DNA of 64,000 nucleotides from Octopus sinensis (Eukaryota). Location of the stretch: contig NC_043010.1 in the NCBI RefSeq assembly GCF_006345805.1, forward strand, positions 32,798,001 through 32,862,000, in the 5' to 3' direction. The position numbers were made by a program, and so were the translations under genes. Positions 24,901-40,384 of this stretch are shown piece by piece. Each line of letters opens with the position of its first letter. Within the stretch, counting starts at the first letter, position 1. The notes below the pieces were generated by a model. The model was given only the letters and a program-made list of their open reading frames with translations, did not search any database and had not been told where the DNA came from.

Positions 24901-25708
24901 GCTATTATACTGAACAACAGGCCGTAGCGGAACTTATATTCTGTCAGATTTCCGCACCCCGGTAAAGGATGAAGACCACTTAACTATATAGTTTTTACTG
25001 GGAGACAGACATTCCTGGTGCAGCATTGTGATATGCAACTCGGTCACAACTGCTGGAAGATGAAGTTCTCCGCTTCTCTTTCTCTCTTTCAAGCATTGAA
25101 TGTCTATTTCTTTCTCCTTCTTTCTTTCTCCCTTTCCCCTCTTCCCCCTCTCTTTGCACTTTCTCTCTCTTTCTTCTCTCTCTTCCCTCTCTCTCTCCCT
25201 CCCCAGAAAACAATAACCAGCCTAATTCTAGTCAAAAGTTGTCATAGTCTGTAATATCGTATTACATTGTAGAATGAATTGACTTATTCCAGTTCTCTAT
25301 AGTATACACGTATGCATATGTGCGTGTACATGTGTGTAAACAAATATGTGTACGTATGTGTATGCGTACACACGTGTGTGCGTATGCATGAGAGTGTACG
25401 GAGAGAATGTTTCTATATTTCTAAGGTTTTTTATGTAAGAATTTGTTGCGATTGTTTATTGCATATCAACCAATAGGAATAGGTTTCGCCATGATTTCAT
25501 GTGTTTACATCGCAGTATAGATTTAGCAATCAGTTATTGACTTCATCTTTATATATATTGCTAGTGTTCATGGTAAAAAAAAAGAACATTGTAGCCAACA
25601 ATATGTGGTGTGAAATATTTCAACATTATTCATTTTATGTTATGGTTCCACTTGATTCACTCCAAACTGCCGTACATGCGTCTGTTCTATCCATCTATCC
25701 ATCCAGCC

Positions 25709-25793
<85 letters not shown>

Positions 25794-25865
25794 CTGATAT
25801 ATCTATCTATCTTTCTCCCTGTCTCTGTTACCCCCTTCTCTCTCTTTCTATCTATTATATATATA

Positions 25866-26460
<595 letters not shown>

Positions 26461-26483
26461 TACACACACACACACACACACAC

Positions 26484-26514
<31 letters not shown>

Positions 26515-27296
26515 TGTATGTATGTATGTATGTATGTATGTATGTATGTATGTATGTATGTATGTATGCATGTATGTATATAGGTAACCATTTTTGTACC
26601 AGTATTTTCTATGATATCTGGATTAAGAGTAGGCTCCTTATAAACATTCAGTTGTAACCTGATACTCTCTAGACTTTAGACAAAACATTATACCATGACA
26701 GACTACACATATGTTTCGACCATGATAAAATAAAACCTCGCCCAAGCTTCATGTTTATCTGTGGACTTCATAAATATACTTTTATATGTCAGAATACAGT
26801 GATATATGCAGGGGGAAAGAAATTATCCTGCTTCCTGTCATGTGCTGCAATATGCTATCCAATGACAAGCCAGTAATTCCAAAACCGGCAAAGAATAATA
26901 AAACATTGTTTAATATCACTCTTGCTATAACATTCCTGATGATGTCATTTTGATAGACAAAATAATGTTCATACATACATATACATACACACACGCATAC
27001 ATACATACATACATACATACATACATAAATACATACATACATGCATATACACATACATACATACATACATACGTACACACATATGTACGTACGTATGTAT
27101 GTATGTATACATACATACAAAGCACTTCATTTCCCGTTCGTTTCGTTCTACTCTGCTATGATGACAAACAAGCCAGTTGATAGTGCCTCTCTCTCTCTCT
27201 CTCTCTTTCCCCCTCTCTCTTTCTCTTTCCCCCTCTCTCTCTCTCTCACCTCTTCCTCCCTCTCCCCCTTTCTCTCTCTCTTTCTCTCTCTCTCTT

Positions 27297-27334
<38 letters not shown>

Positions 27335-28364
27335 TCTCTATAGTTGTCACATCCAGGATGCTTTATTGAGTCGAGGATGATAGAGCCAAGTCTATACGCG
27401 ACTACATAAGTACCCAAATAATTATCGAATATATAATACATGTTACCAAGCCATAATTGCTCGCGCGTGATGGTTGACTGCGCTTAACAAATAAAAGAGA
27501 CAAGGATGCTTTTTGTGAGAGAAATGCCGAATGTGCCTTTTCTGTTACAGTATCAACCATATCGTAAGAAGTTGTTTAAAGTTTTACACAAAATATTGCT
27601 TCTCGTGGGACAAGACGTTGTATGTAAAAGTATTCAAATGCTATTCAGAGGAAGGATTGCTCTGATGGTCATACCAAACGCACACCAGAACCTGAATGCA
27701 TCATACTTTTGAAAATAATGAATATTGGTGCAACATTTCAATGAAAACAACAGTTATATGCAAGTTATATGCAGTTATATGCAAGCTTGATGTTTTATGG
27801 ATCAAAATTGTATAATACTGTGGAGGCCAGCTACCCAGAATATGTGAATGTCTCGTCTAAAATTGAAAAAAAAAAGAGAACATATATGGTATGACAATAC
27901 GGAGCCTGCATCCTGGTTCTAGATACACATATTTATATATTGGCAGATGTACTGGGCTGTGTAACAAAAGCTTTACATAAAAGTCTGGAAACGTTAGTTT
28001 TCCAAGAAAGAACTAATAAAGTTTACTTGCATCCATCAAATTGAATCGTGAAGATTTTCAATACGTCACCAAGATTTTCTATCTGAGTTACCTAAATGAA
28101 ATATATACATATATTCACATAAGACATTCACTCATACGCATGCATAGATAAAAAGTAGTCACTCATTACATGAGTGCAAGTGCACTCACACACACGCCTA
28201 CAGATATATACCCATTAACTCGCACTCATATTTACATATCCCTTGAACTATATTGGTTGAAACAAAAAAGCCTTTTTATTTTTGTTAATGACCGATCTAA
28301 AAGAAAAAAAATTAATAAATCTCAAAACAAAATTCATAAACATATATTTATACATATACAGACG

Positions 28365-28403
<39 letters not shown>

Positions 28404-28588
28404 ATACACACACAGTTGATATGGGTGAAAGAAGTACGTACAATTTTGTTTTATCTAAATGAGACATGAAGTCACGGATAGTGCACTATGAATCAGTAGA
28501 TCATTGAGGTTGTAACTTGATATACATACATTTACTCATACACACGTATACACATACGCGTGCGCACACACACAATAAAATATATATA

Positions 28589-29237
28589 GCGCCAGGCGTG
28601 GCTGTTTGGTAAGAAGCTTGCTTCCCAACCACATGGTTCCAGGTTCAGTTCCACTGCATGGCACCTTTGGCAAGTATCTTCTATAGTTTTGGGCCGACCA
28701 AAGCCTTGTGAGTGGATTTGATATAAGGAAAGATGCCCTTCATATATATATATATTTCTTTTGAATGAAACAGTTCTAGTCCTGTAGAAGCTCCTTCTAT
28801 AAAATAAATTAATTTACTCTGCTATGTATTGAGTACCTTATTTACTGTGGTTAACCCCGACTCAACCCGGGACCTACATATGTATATATATATATATATG
28901 TATGTATGTATGTATGTGTGTATGCGTGTGTGTGTGTATTATGTATGTATGTATGTATGTATGTATGTATGTATGTATGTATGTATGTGTGTGTGTGTGT
29001 ATGTGTGTGTGTGTGTGTGCGTGTATGTGTGTGTGTGTGTTTGCCGCACACACCATCGCTTGACAACCGATGCTGGTGTGTTTACGTCCCCGAAACTTAG
29101 GGCTCGGCAAAAGAGTCGCGATAGAATAAGTACTAGGCTTATAAAGAATAAGGTCCCGGGGTCGATTTGTTCGACTAAAGGCGGTGTTCCAGCATGGCTG
29201 CAGTCAAACGACGGAAACAAGTAAAAGAATAAAAGAA
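28589..29237 (+). mobile_element. SINE family A split by microsatellite and ~130 bp of extra sequence
   Basis: 5' half 28589-28740, 3' half 29040-29237. Confidence 0.85.
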
Positions 29238-29393
29238 TATGCATATATATATATATGTATATATGCAATTCGTAAAAGTTTACCATTTACCCGGATGTAA
29301 TATATATAAACTCACCCATGTGCTTCGTTGATGTTGATCAGTTAGCTGATCGGCTTAAGCGAAGCAGGGTCGTTGTTTATTTATAATACATTC

Positions 29394-29441
29394 AGGCCTG
29401 CTGATGATTACGTAAGTATGAAATCACTGTGATACAGGCCT
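29394..29441 (+). ncRNA. Type-I minimal hammerhead ribozyme
   Basis: AGGCCTG-CTGATGA-T-TAC(GTAA)GTA-T-GAA-ATCAC(T)GTGAT-A-CAGGCCT. 7-bp stem I, intact core, AUA site. Confidence 0.8.
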
Positions 29442-30139
29442 ATATTTTTAAATGTCTTACTTTGAAAAATTGCATTCGGTGGGATTAGTAATATTTTTGG
29501 TAGAAATGACTGATTGTCCCTCTTAGCGTTTGGCATGTATATACAATGCCTCCTGGCATGTATGTATAATGCCCTCTATATATAAATTCATATATATATA
29601 TATATATATCATACCCATATATCATATATATTCAATTAAGTATAATGCGAAAAATTTAATAGAAAACAACAGGGAAATTGGACTTCAGTATTACACTGGA
29701 GTGTAAAAAGAAATATATTGCTGATTTTTTTTAGGTACAAAATGTGAAATTCACATTGGACAACAGAGCATCAGAACGTAGGACATAGTGCCAGTCCTGC
29801 TTCTCAGTTCAAAGATTTGAGCAAGGTCGACCCCAACATCGGGACCATATTCTTGCAAGCATTAAGGCACTCTGGCATAATAATGCTATTCTAAATGGAA
29901 AACTTACCTGTCATTATGGCACGAAGCGAGGCAGGCCTTGCCGTCCACTCAAGGAAACACATAGCAAATCACCAACAAGCACTCGAGAAAACTGAGTCTT
30001 CAACTTCTTCCATTTGCTAAAAGGTTTGCTAAGGCACCAGCAGGCCTCAAGAAACACTTTCGTCTCCATGATCTCCGCTTTAATTTACGGAGCTTACATT
30101 TGTCGTTCACGGCGAGAGAATCCATCATTATATGTATGT

Positions 30140-30175
<36 letters not shown>

Positions 30176-30872
30176 GTATATCATTTACCCACTACCATGG
30201 GTGAATATATTTTTAAAGTCAACTTTTAGTTTTTCGTAAGCCATTCTAGACTTCATTACTAATTTAATTCTCATCTAAATTGAAAGCAGTTTTTATTAGC
30301 AATAGTCTTCAGTCTTCAGCTGCATTTTGAGATCAAATAATTGAAATTTGCTTCATTAAAACAAAAGTTTGGTCAAAATATGTGAGGTCAAAAATAGGAT
30401 AGTAAGGCGAAAAATTGACTTTGAATCAAAATATTTCAGTTATATCTTTTTTTAAAAAAAAACAGGATATACTAATTGGGATTTGAAAGAATGTGCTCAT
30501 TGGGATGAAACTTTAGGTGAAAACCTCGTTAAAAAGTATTGGCTACGACAAAAGTAGTGTGGCTTTAAGTGACGAAAAAATATTGAATTTAGATCAAAAT
30601 ATCTCAGCCACTGTTAAAGAAACTATACGATAGTTGTATTCGAATGAAAGAGTTCTATGGCATGAATCTTATGGTAAAAACCTAGTCAAAATAATATTAG
30701 CTACAATAAAAGTGGTGCGGCTTTAAGTGGGATATATATGTATATATGTATATTTGTATGTTTATTTTGTATATCAAGGCGAAGCATGTTTATTTGCATC
30801 TCTCTCTCTCTCTTCCTCTCTCTCTCCCCTTCTCTCTCTGTACATATATATGTATATATATATGTATGTATG

Positions 30873-30996
<124 letters not shown>

Positions 30997-31212
30997 AGCG
31001 TGAGGTGTGGTAAAAAGTTTGCTTCCCAATTAGTTTACTGCCTAATTAATTAGGGTCATATATGTTCTTATATTGCATTGTGAAGTGTGTCTATTGAGAT
31101 GAGTCTATAATGTATGCACTGTAGTATTTCTCCTGCTATGTTCTCTTGTTGAATTCTGAAACACTTCGTTCTGTTTCTCGATTAAATTCTATCGTTCTTT
31201 TCTAATGTTTGC

Positions 31213-31261
<49 letters not shown>

Positions 31262-31669
31262 GTGTGTTTCGGTTTTACTTTCGTTAATTTGTGAATGTGC
31301 TGTAATGATAACTGGTTGGTGACCAGAGGAAAACCGAGGAATCGTTTGGAAGTAGGGTGTGTGTTCCAGTTGGTTTAGTGTGGTGGACCGGATTACTTAG
31401 GATGTAAAGGAGGCCCAGTTGCCATGGTATAGCGTTGTAGAAGTGGTTATTTTATTGTATTATGGAAGTAGTAGTTGTAGCATATAGAGAAAATTAACGT
31501 AGAGTGTAGTGGAGGCGGAGGATCTAGAGAGAAGTGGAGGACTACTATAATGTGTAGTGATAATAGAGTATAATGGAAGTTTGCAGTGTATTAGGGAGGT
31601 AGCAGCTGTGATGTATGGTATGTAGTGGAGCTAGAGTGTGAAATGGAGTAAGTAGTGTATTGTGTTGTG

Positions 31670-31848
31670 AGAGGGGATAAGTCGATTACATCAACCCCAG
31701 TGCTCAGCTCGTGCTTATTTTATTGACCCTGAATAGGATCACAGGTAAAGTTGGCCTTGGCGGAATTTAAATTCAGTATGTAAAGATAGGCGAAATGCTG
31801 CAAGGCATTTTACCCAGCATTCTAAGGATTTTGCCACCTCGCCGCCTT
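31670..31848 (+). mobile_element. SINE family B-related fragment(s)
   Basis: Reverse-oriented Nin-like block (TTATTTTATTGACCCTGAATAGGATCACAGGTAAAGTTG) ending CCTCGCCGCC, so this is the same layout as the minus-strand copies. Confidence 0.6.
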
Positions 31849-32130
<282 letters not shown>

Positions 32131-32462
32131 ATGAGAAGTACTGAAAAAATAGCAAAGTACCAGGACCTAGCCATTGAATTACAGAGACTGTGGAAAGTAC
32201 AGGTAAAATATATCCCAGTAGTTATAAGTATCCCTAAAGATCTGAACAGTTGGTTAGAGGAAATAGGCAAAAATCCAGTTTAGTGCAACTCCAGAAAGCA
32301 GTGTTATTAGGGACAACTAGGATACTTAGGAAGGTTCTTGGCATCTAAGGTTACTTGATGTAACCCAATAGGAGGGTTCTTGGAATCTAAGGCTACTAGT
32401 TGTAGCCCGATGTTAGGATTCTTTTCTTCTCCAACAGTCTAATCTGTTGAGTGTATATGAAA
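32131..32462 (+). mobile_element. R4/Dong-like 3' end (lineage 2) inserted in (TAA)n
   Basis: EKIAKYQDLAIELQRLWKVQVKYIPVVI..WLEEIG..QLQKAVLLGTTRILRKVLGI*. Confidence 0.88.
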
Positions 32463-32519
32463 ATAATAATACTAAATTTAGGAGACACTAACGTATTGGT
32501 CTATGTAGGAGAATTAGTA

Positions 32520-32940
32520 GTTACTAGACCATTATATATTCCACAAAGAAAGATTTTAAAAGAGCAAATATGGAAAAGGAGATTATAAATTAAAGTGATG
32601 ACTTTAAGACAAGATCTGAGTAGAATAGAAGCCTGGAAACTGAACAAATTAGAAAACACAAGATGCAAAATCTTCTCTTGAGAAAAGATACTTAGTCAAA
32701 GAGAAAGGATTTGGGACAGTCATAGAAGAGTTGAAATTGCATAAAAGAGTTGAATAGTAGTAGCAGGTAAACTTTCCAGATATTAGAAAAGAATAAATCA
32801 GTTTCAACAGAATAGATTATTTGAAACAGACCAGAGGGTATTTTATAACCAAATAAATAGTGGAGAACGAAGTACTGACGATGAGAAACCTAATGCAGAA
32901 GCTAGAAAGTTCTGGAGTAATATTTGAGATAAGCCATGAT
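32520..32940 (+). mobile_element. R4/Dong-like internal (pre-RT) fragment
   Basis: TLRQDLSRIEAWK..KGFGTVIEELK..RINQFQQNRLFETDQRVFYNQIN..EARKFWSNI. Confidence 0.8.
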
Positions 32941-33185
32941 CATCATTGATTGAGCAGATCTCTGAGGAAAGATGTTCCAGCCTTAACCAGCTAGACTTTT
33001 CGTTCCAATGAATCCTTCCGTATTTTTAAGATTGTAAGATGGGTATTAACTGAAAGGTCATACGTTTTAGTCACCTGAGAAACTATGAAAATTAACATTT
33101 CAACAGTTATCGACCCATGCGCTGTACAAGAAGAGAGCAGGCACAACAATACTATTATCAGATGCCATCAGCTGTAGTAGAGTGA

Positions 33186-33228
33186 CCTCTTCATAGGATC
33201 CTTTCTACAAACATCCTCAGTAAATAAG
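33186..33228 (-). ncRNA. Candidate minimal hammerhead ribozyme (weak stem II)
   Basis: Minus strand CTTATTTA-CTGAGGA-TG(TTTG)TA-GAA-AGGATCCT-A-TGAAGAGG. Palindromic stem III, CUA site. Confidence 0.45.
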
Positions 33229-33859
33229 TGAAAAGAGGAAACCAAAGCGGAAGGAGCGAACCAAAGAGATTAGACAAACCTAACATCGGACGCTTCCTTT
33301 CTCGCTTGTTTCTTTCCTTCTTATTTCATGTTGTTTTCTATTTTACTTTTATTTTTACTTTTTGGTTTATTTACATGTGTGTGTGTAACATACATAAACA
33401 CACTAGCTCAAACACGCACACATGCACGTACACGCACAAATTCGCACACAAATTTTCATCCATATACTTGTGTAGGTGTACATGCACACGTGTTTCTTCA
33501 CCAACTGCCTGTCATTTTACTTATTGTAGACAAAGGTCTATTAACGTCAATCCATGTAGCTATGTAGGTATTCCGGTTTTTTTGTTTTCCGGACACCAAG
33601 TAAAAATTTAGAGAACATTTTATTTCCGTGTATCTTTTTAGTCCGTGTATATTTTTAGTTCAATTGTTTTCGTTAATAACCAAGGGAAATAAAAGTTTAC
33701 AAAAGCAAGCACACATACACACATAATTCTTACACAAGAATATTATTGACAGTGACTTCAAAGTTTCGGCCATGTAAGCTGTCATCGGACTGTGATATAT
33801 TGAAGTTAATCTTGGCTTTATATAGCCTCTGCTGAGTAAAATCTTGTGGGTTTGAATGG

Positions 33860-34310
33860 ACGCCTCTCTCGAGCTGATCTTCCAAGCATCTACTGACTGC
33901 TGAGAAGAACTCAAGTCAGGTGGTCAGGCCACCTTGTTCGAATGCCTGACGCACGCCTCCCAAGAGGATTTTCTACAGCAAACTGTAGGCAAGCGCTCGC
34001 AAGGATAACAGAAAAAGCGTTTCACGGTTGATCATGGCTGGTTTTAAAGCTCATTGAAGAGCTTTGAGATCAACTCCGGTACCTGGGAAACACAAGCTCA
34101 AGACCGTCCTAACAGAGATGCAACCGCTTGCTAAGAGAAAATGATCGCTAGGGCACAAAGAAAATGTGAACTGCACAAGTCCATGTACTCGACATACAGT
34201 ACAGCCTTCCGAGCTCGCATCGGAATAATCGGTCACAGCCGGTCACATCGATCCCTGTCTTCTCCCGTGTGATGTCCTTGGTCATCGCCGGCAACGACGG
34301 ACGAACGACA
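33860..34310 (+). mobile_element. RTE (BovB-like) LINE 3' end
   Basis: LRRTQVRWSGHLVRMPDARLPKRIFY..KSFEINSGTWETQAQDR..FRARIGIIGHSRSH. The 3' end reads GGTCATCGCCGGCAACGACGGACGAAC. Confidence 0.85.
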
Positions 34311-34753
34311 GTTGCTCAGCTAGTAACCGGTTTCCTCAGAAAGTCTGATGAAACTGACTAGCAGCAGAACTGCAAAGTAATTTGTATTTGTAAAAATAAA
34401 TAAGACATTCTACGTATTACATTGAATGTATTGGTGAAACTGAACAAATTTGTTCATTGAAACTTTTGTGTGATTGAAAATTCAGCACTTAGATATAGCC
34501 TTGAGGTAACTCTCAAGCGAAATCAGCATATGTGTACACACTCACACACACACACATACACGCATGAACGCACACACACACATACACACACTCGTGCACA
34601 CACACACATTTAAATAGATATTTACATATATATATATGCGTATGTGTGTACGTAAATAAGTATATTTGTGTGTGAGTGTATGATATAGAGAAAGAGGGAT
34701 GATACACATACATACATCTGTGTGTATTAGTGTGTGTGTGTGTGTGTGTATGT

Positions 34754-35146
34754 ATTCTTTTATTCTTTTATTTGTTTCCATCATTTGACTGCGGCCATGC
34801 TGGAAGCACCGCCTTTAGTCGAACAAATCGACCCCAGAACTTATTCTTTGTAAGCATAGTACTTAATCTATCAGCCACTTTTGCCGCACCGCTACTTTAC
34901 GTGGACATAAACACACCAGCATCGGTTGTGAAGCGATAGTGGGTGACAAACACAGACACACAAACATAAACATATATATATAAACGACGGGTTTCTTTTA
35001 GTTTCCGTCAACCAAATCCACTCACAAGGCTTTGGTCGGCCCGAGGCTATAGTAGGAGACACTTGCCCAAGGTGCCACGCAGTGGGGTTGAACTCGGAAC
35101 TATGTGGTTGGTAAGCAAGCTACTTACCACACAGCACTTCTGCGCC
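34754..35146 (-). mobile_element. SINE family A
   Basis: Full copy. Confidence 0.9.
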
Positions 35147-35158
35147 TATGTATGTATG

Positions 35159-35190
<32 letters not shown>

Positions 35191-35234
35191 TGTACGTATG
35201 TACGTATGTATGTATGTATGTATATGTATGTATG

Positions 35235-35265
<31 letters not shown>

Positions 35266-35689
35266 GTGTGCGTATGTATATGTATATAACCTTCCACAAT
35301 TTCTATCTAAAATTTACACGAGGAATTCGAAGGATTTGCTATGGTTTCATGATAGAACGTCTGCCATGTTTACATGCTATATTTACACTTTCTTACCTAC
35401 AACTTTATTTGCTTCGAGTTTCAGTATTCCAAAGAAGAATTATTTCACATTCTCGATGTTTTACTGGTAAGAATAAAATTTCAAAATTGAATAGAGAAAT
35501 TTAAAGCATTGCTTTGGTCCAATGACAGACCACCTATGTAATACGTACGTACGTACATACATACATACATACATACTACATACATACATACATACACACA
35601 TGCATATATACACGCACATACATAATATATATATACACACACACTCATATATATATATATATATATATATACATATCTCTCACTCTCTT

Positions 35690-35752
<63 letters not shown>

Positions 35753-36359
35753 CTCTCTCTATATATATATATTTACATAGCATACACAATTCATCAGATC
35801 ATATGCACTAATACACGTACTCTTACGAGTGCGCGCACGCAAATTAGCTATGTAGCTACCTATATAGTAAAGAAAAATATTACATAAAACGAATTGCAAA
35901 AAAGGAAAAAAAAAGGAAAGCAAATGATCCAATTCAACTATATGACGTCATTAACATATGCGCTGTGCAGTCAGCGGAAATATATTCTGAGCCCTGAAAC
36001 ATTTCCTTCTTGAAGGCTGAAGTGTTTCCGGGCTGAGATAAAAAGCAGCGGCCTGTATCAGATTGTACAGAAGAATGGAAATATTTGGTGTCAAGTTTTG
36101 GTGTTTTGAGGCACCATTCGTAACTTCCGGCTCCACCCAACATGTGTATGCGATACTTACGTATATGATCGTGTGTACTGTTATACGCATGTAGGTAGGT
36201 TTCATAGTGTCTACAGCTACAGGTCTATATATACATACATACATATATGCGTATATGTGTGTGTACATATATAAATATTTACTCACACACACACATGTAC
36301 ATGTATGTACACATACACGCACATATTTATGTATATAGAAATAGAGAGAGATATGTATT

Positions 36360-36394
<35 letters not shown>

Positions 36395-37399
36395 AGGGAG
36401 GGAGGGAGCGGTGGGGGAGAGGGAAGGGCATAGTCTCATTTTTCTCGACGACATGAAACCGAAATATTGTAAATAAATAATGGTACCGATTATTGGTTGA
36501 AAATTTTTGAAAAGTAAGGGATCAATAAAATATATTGCACTGAGACAGCAACTACAGCAGCTGCAGCAACAACAACAGCAGCAGCAATAGTAAACAATTA
36601 TTTAGATAGTATATCTAAACCCACGCATGCAGTAGGTGGAAGTGAAGCCGATGCAACTAGATAAATATTGGACAACAACGTCGGCATGTCTAGATAAATA
36701 CTTATAAGCAAACAGAAAGTTACTGATTAGGTTAATTATGGAACAGGGAAGGAAATAGCCGAAAATTATTATTATCAATTTTTTTTATCTTGGAAACAAA
36801 TACAATATGAATTAGAGGCTTATTACAGTAGAGATTAAATTTTAGATACGTGCGAAACAAAACGAAAAATAAAACATAAACAAAGGATAATTTCAAAACG
36901 GAACCCGGAAATTATTCGCGAAAGAAATGGAAAGAGAATCCTCTACATGTTGGATAGATTATTCACTGACCAGCAGACTTCGAGTCTGTCCTAATCAAAA
37001 TACACCAAATCTTTCCTCATCAACAAACATCAAGTTTGTCTTTACCTAAAAACTCCAAATCTGACCTCACAGATTTTGTCTCCTTAATCTTCAATTTCTA
37101 CTACTACTACAGTAGTTTCTATTCATCAGAACTAACTTGTCTCACACCAGTCCTACTAACTTGCCTTTCCCCACGATTCTTACTGCAGCTCAAGTGAATA
37201 CGAAACCGCGTCGATTTCATACCTTACTCCACACCAGACCATTTAATACAAAAATAAAAAGAATGAAAAAGAGGTGATTCGTTATGAAGGTTAGTAAAGA
37301 GAAGGCGTGAGGCAATATGTTCTGAACTAAAAGCAGAAACTGAAGTTAACAAAATGAAACACGAATTCAGCATCAAGTGTAGGGTATGTAATAAACAGA

Positions 37400-37520
37400 A
37401 AGAAATAATTGACCACATCCTGTATGGTTGCCCAGTCCTCACAATGACACAATATGTCCAGGAGATGGCCACATAGGCTTGCTATGTCTATTGAGTAATA
37501 TGCTGACATTTCGACCTCAA
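37400..37520 (+). mobile_element. R4/Dong-like zinc-knuckle fragment
   Basis: IIDHILYGCPVLTMTQYVQ resembles the conserved ETIDHIVSGCPVLA..EY block. Confidence 0.6.
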
Positions 37521-37819
37521 AAATAAAAATATGTGGTATAAACATGTACAAACTCGGCATTTGATAAGACTAGAGTTATCTCGCCCACACCTGTCCAAAT
37601 TAACTATGAAATTAAAGCGAATTTCCCAACAATCATAATATAAAGAGTAAAGAAAATATTATATGTATTATGGTAGATATACATTATTTACATTTGACAG
37701 ATATTTGTCATCTTGTAAATATCCGTCAAATGTAAATAATTTACATAATTCCTCATCTCTTAAATACCGAACTATACTATGGTAGATATGTAGTTTCGTT
37801 TTGATAAAAATATCACACG

Positions 37820-37935
37820 GAAAGAAAGCGACCCCGAAAGGATAAAAGTTGACCTCAGTCTCAAAATGCTGAAAGAACGCTGATTAGCATTGTGCCTGAC
37901 GCAGTAACGATTCTGTCAGCTCGCTGCCTAACTAA
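37820..37935 (-). mobile_element. SINE family B fragment
   Basis: CGACCCCGAAAGGATAAAAG...AACGATTCTGTCAGCTCGCTGCC. Confidence 0.7.
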
Positions 37936-40228
37936 TAATAATAATTTGGGGATACAACAACGTTACCTAGCTATTCTGCAAATGTCCTCCCCACGTAATT
38001 TTAATATTTTAGAGAAAAATTTCTGTAATACACATATGAATCTCAATCTTTCTTAGAAAACGACAATAAAAAAGATATGTGCCCTACCGCAGCTATCATT
38101 CTTCTGCCTCTACACTCGTCTATTCACTGAGACCGTTTGCCTTTCTCATCTACCTTTTAACAAGTTTGCTGGGAGGTAGTGCCTACATCTTCTCCCTACC
38201 ATCCTTGAAAAAATTAAGGTTTGGCCGAAGGAGAAAGGGTCGGTCTTCAGTCCTTTCGTTGCGTCCATGGCACAGCCTTTTTTACCATAGCCACCAGACA
38301 GAAGAAAACTGCCTGTCATTTCCTGGCCAAGAGAAGGCGGCAGGGCGATTATCAAGATAGAATTGGCCAGCATCCAGATCCATCCAACGTGGTTCAACAC
38401 TTGTTCGACAAAATTCTGCATGTCAGTAAATTTCAGATTTCATGCAGAATGGTTTCGTATCTATGTTCTCATTTCGGATAGGTCCGGTTGAGAGTACTAT
38501 CATTCCTGTGGAGTATATCAGTAGTATTGCCAGACCATAGATTTCTAGGCGTTACCCGCAGTACATGGGCTCACAGCTGTCTGGAACATACTCGCTTGTT
38601 TATTCTTGTCGATAACTACCTTCCCCAAGAATGTCGTCGATCATCCCTACATAGAATGCTAGCACAGATGTACTAAGTACCCCAACTGAGAGAGGGTTGT
38701 CAAGCGCCTGACAACATTCCATATGGCAGCTTATATCTTAACTTGATTTAGGGAAATTAGTTCTGCTAAATAGGTGTGCTGCAGGAAAATGCACCAAACG
38801 AAGTGCAACCACTCCTGTTCCAGAAATCGTTGTAGATGCCGCAGCTCAGTGTATATTTACACGTTATCAGCAACAGCGTACCGAGTCCCATGTATACAGG
38901 TCATACACATCAAATCGACTTCCTATCAGCCCATTTCTGGGTGTAACTGATAGCGGCGGTGTGGTGGTGATGTGGTGATGTGAGGGTTGATGTGCTTTCT
39001 TCTTGTTCTGTCCAACATGCTGGCTTTTCAGCTTTGAGCGTTTTTTTCTCTATTTTACTCTATTTTCCCCTTCGCTCAAAAAACGGCCTTTCAACGGTCT
39101 CGCCTTGACCCCGTTGCACAATGAGACCCTGCTGTCTATGAGTCCAGGGTCACATAGAAGTGATATGTGTGTGTATGTGTCTGGGTATGTGAGCGCGCAT
39201 GCGCGTGTATATGTGTGTATGTTGTTGTCATTGCTGCAGCTGTTGTACTTGTTATCGTTTCTGTCGCTGCTGTGGTTGTGGCGATGCTAGCAATGTAGGT
39301 TTTACTTCTGTTGCCCACTTTTGTGATCTTTAAACTATAACCCTATATTTTCTGAGGACAAGTCCCGCAAAAGTCGTCTTTGCTTTTCATCTTTCTGTGT
39401 ACCTACAAATAACTGTAAAATACTGCAAGTATTGCGTCAATGTTAATCGTCGTATATTGTTGTATTTACTTATATTTTGTGTCGTAGATGAATTTAAAGC
39501 CTACAGCCAGTTTTAGTTTAAACATAAACCCTTATATCCGTCGTTCAATTCTAGATAAGTTGAAAACATATATTATAAATTCCATGTATGTATAACTTTA
39601 ATTATATATATAATAGATTTAATCTATAAAAAAACATTCTTTAGAAGCCTGAGGCGTGTAATTCATTGACATCAATCGAAAAATGTATCAAAATTATTTA
39701 TTAATTACTTCAATTACATATTATATATTTAATGTAATTCACATTTGAACTGAACAACAGGTACAAAACGTATTTATAGAAGTTCAAATTTTCAGAAGAT
39801 ATTTATAATGACGCTGTAGGTATTTTACAGTGGGTAATGTACAATGTTAAGTCAAGGGTATAATTTACCTGTACAACATGCCAGCCAATTAATAGAGTTT
39901 CTACTGCTTTATTCCAACCTATTCTGAAAGGGGGAAAGGCGGCCATCACCGGCTGAAAGGTGTAAGATTTCTCTTCAATAACATACGGGAGAAGGCGGAA
40001 ACGAATTTAATAGCAGACATCCGACTAATACGGAGTAAATCTCAGAACAGACAAGATAGCATACATATACGCACACTCATACATCCACAAACACTCATAC
40101 ACGCACATACATAAGTATAACGTATATACGTACTCATATACCCACAAACATACACACTCACATATACATGTATACATATTTATGTGTATGTATGTATATT
40201 TACACACACACTCAAACACACACACACA

Positions 40229-40363
<135 letters not shown>

Positions 40364-40384
40364 ATATATATGCGTATATATATA

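Noticed and set aside
37095-37135. Minus-strand CTGATGA-ATA-GAAACTACTGTAGTA
   Set aside because: Stem II absent, stem I poor, and the palindrome is explainable by the adjacent (TAC)n repeat.
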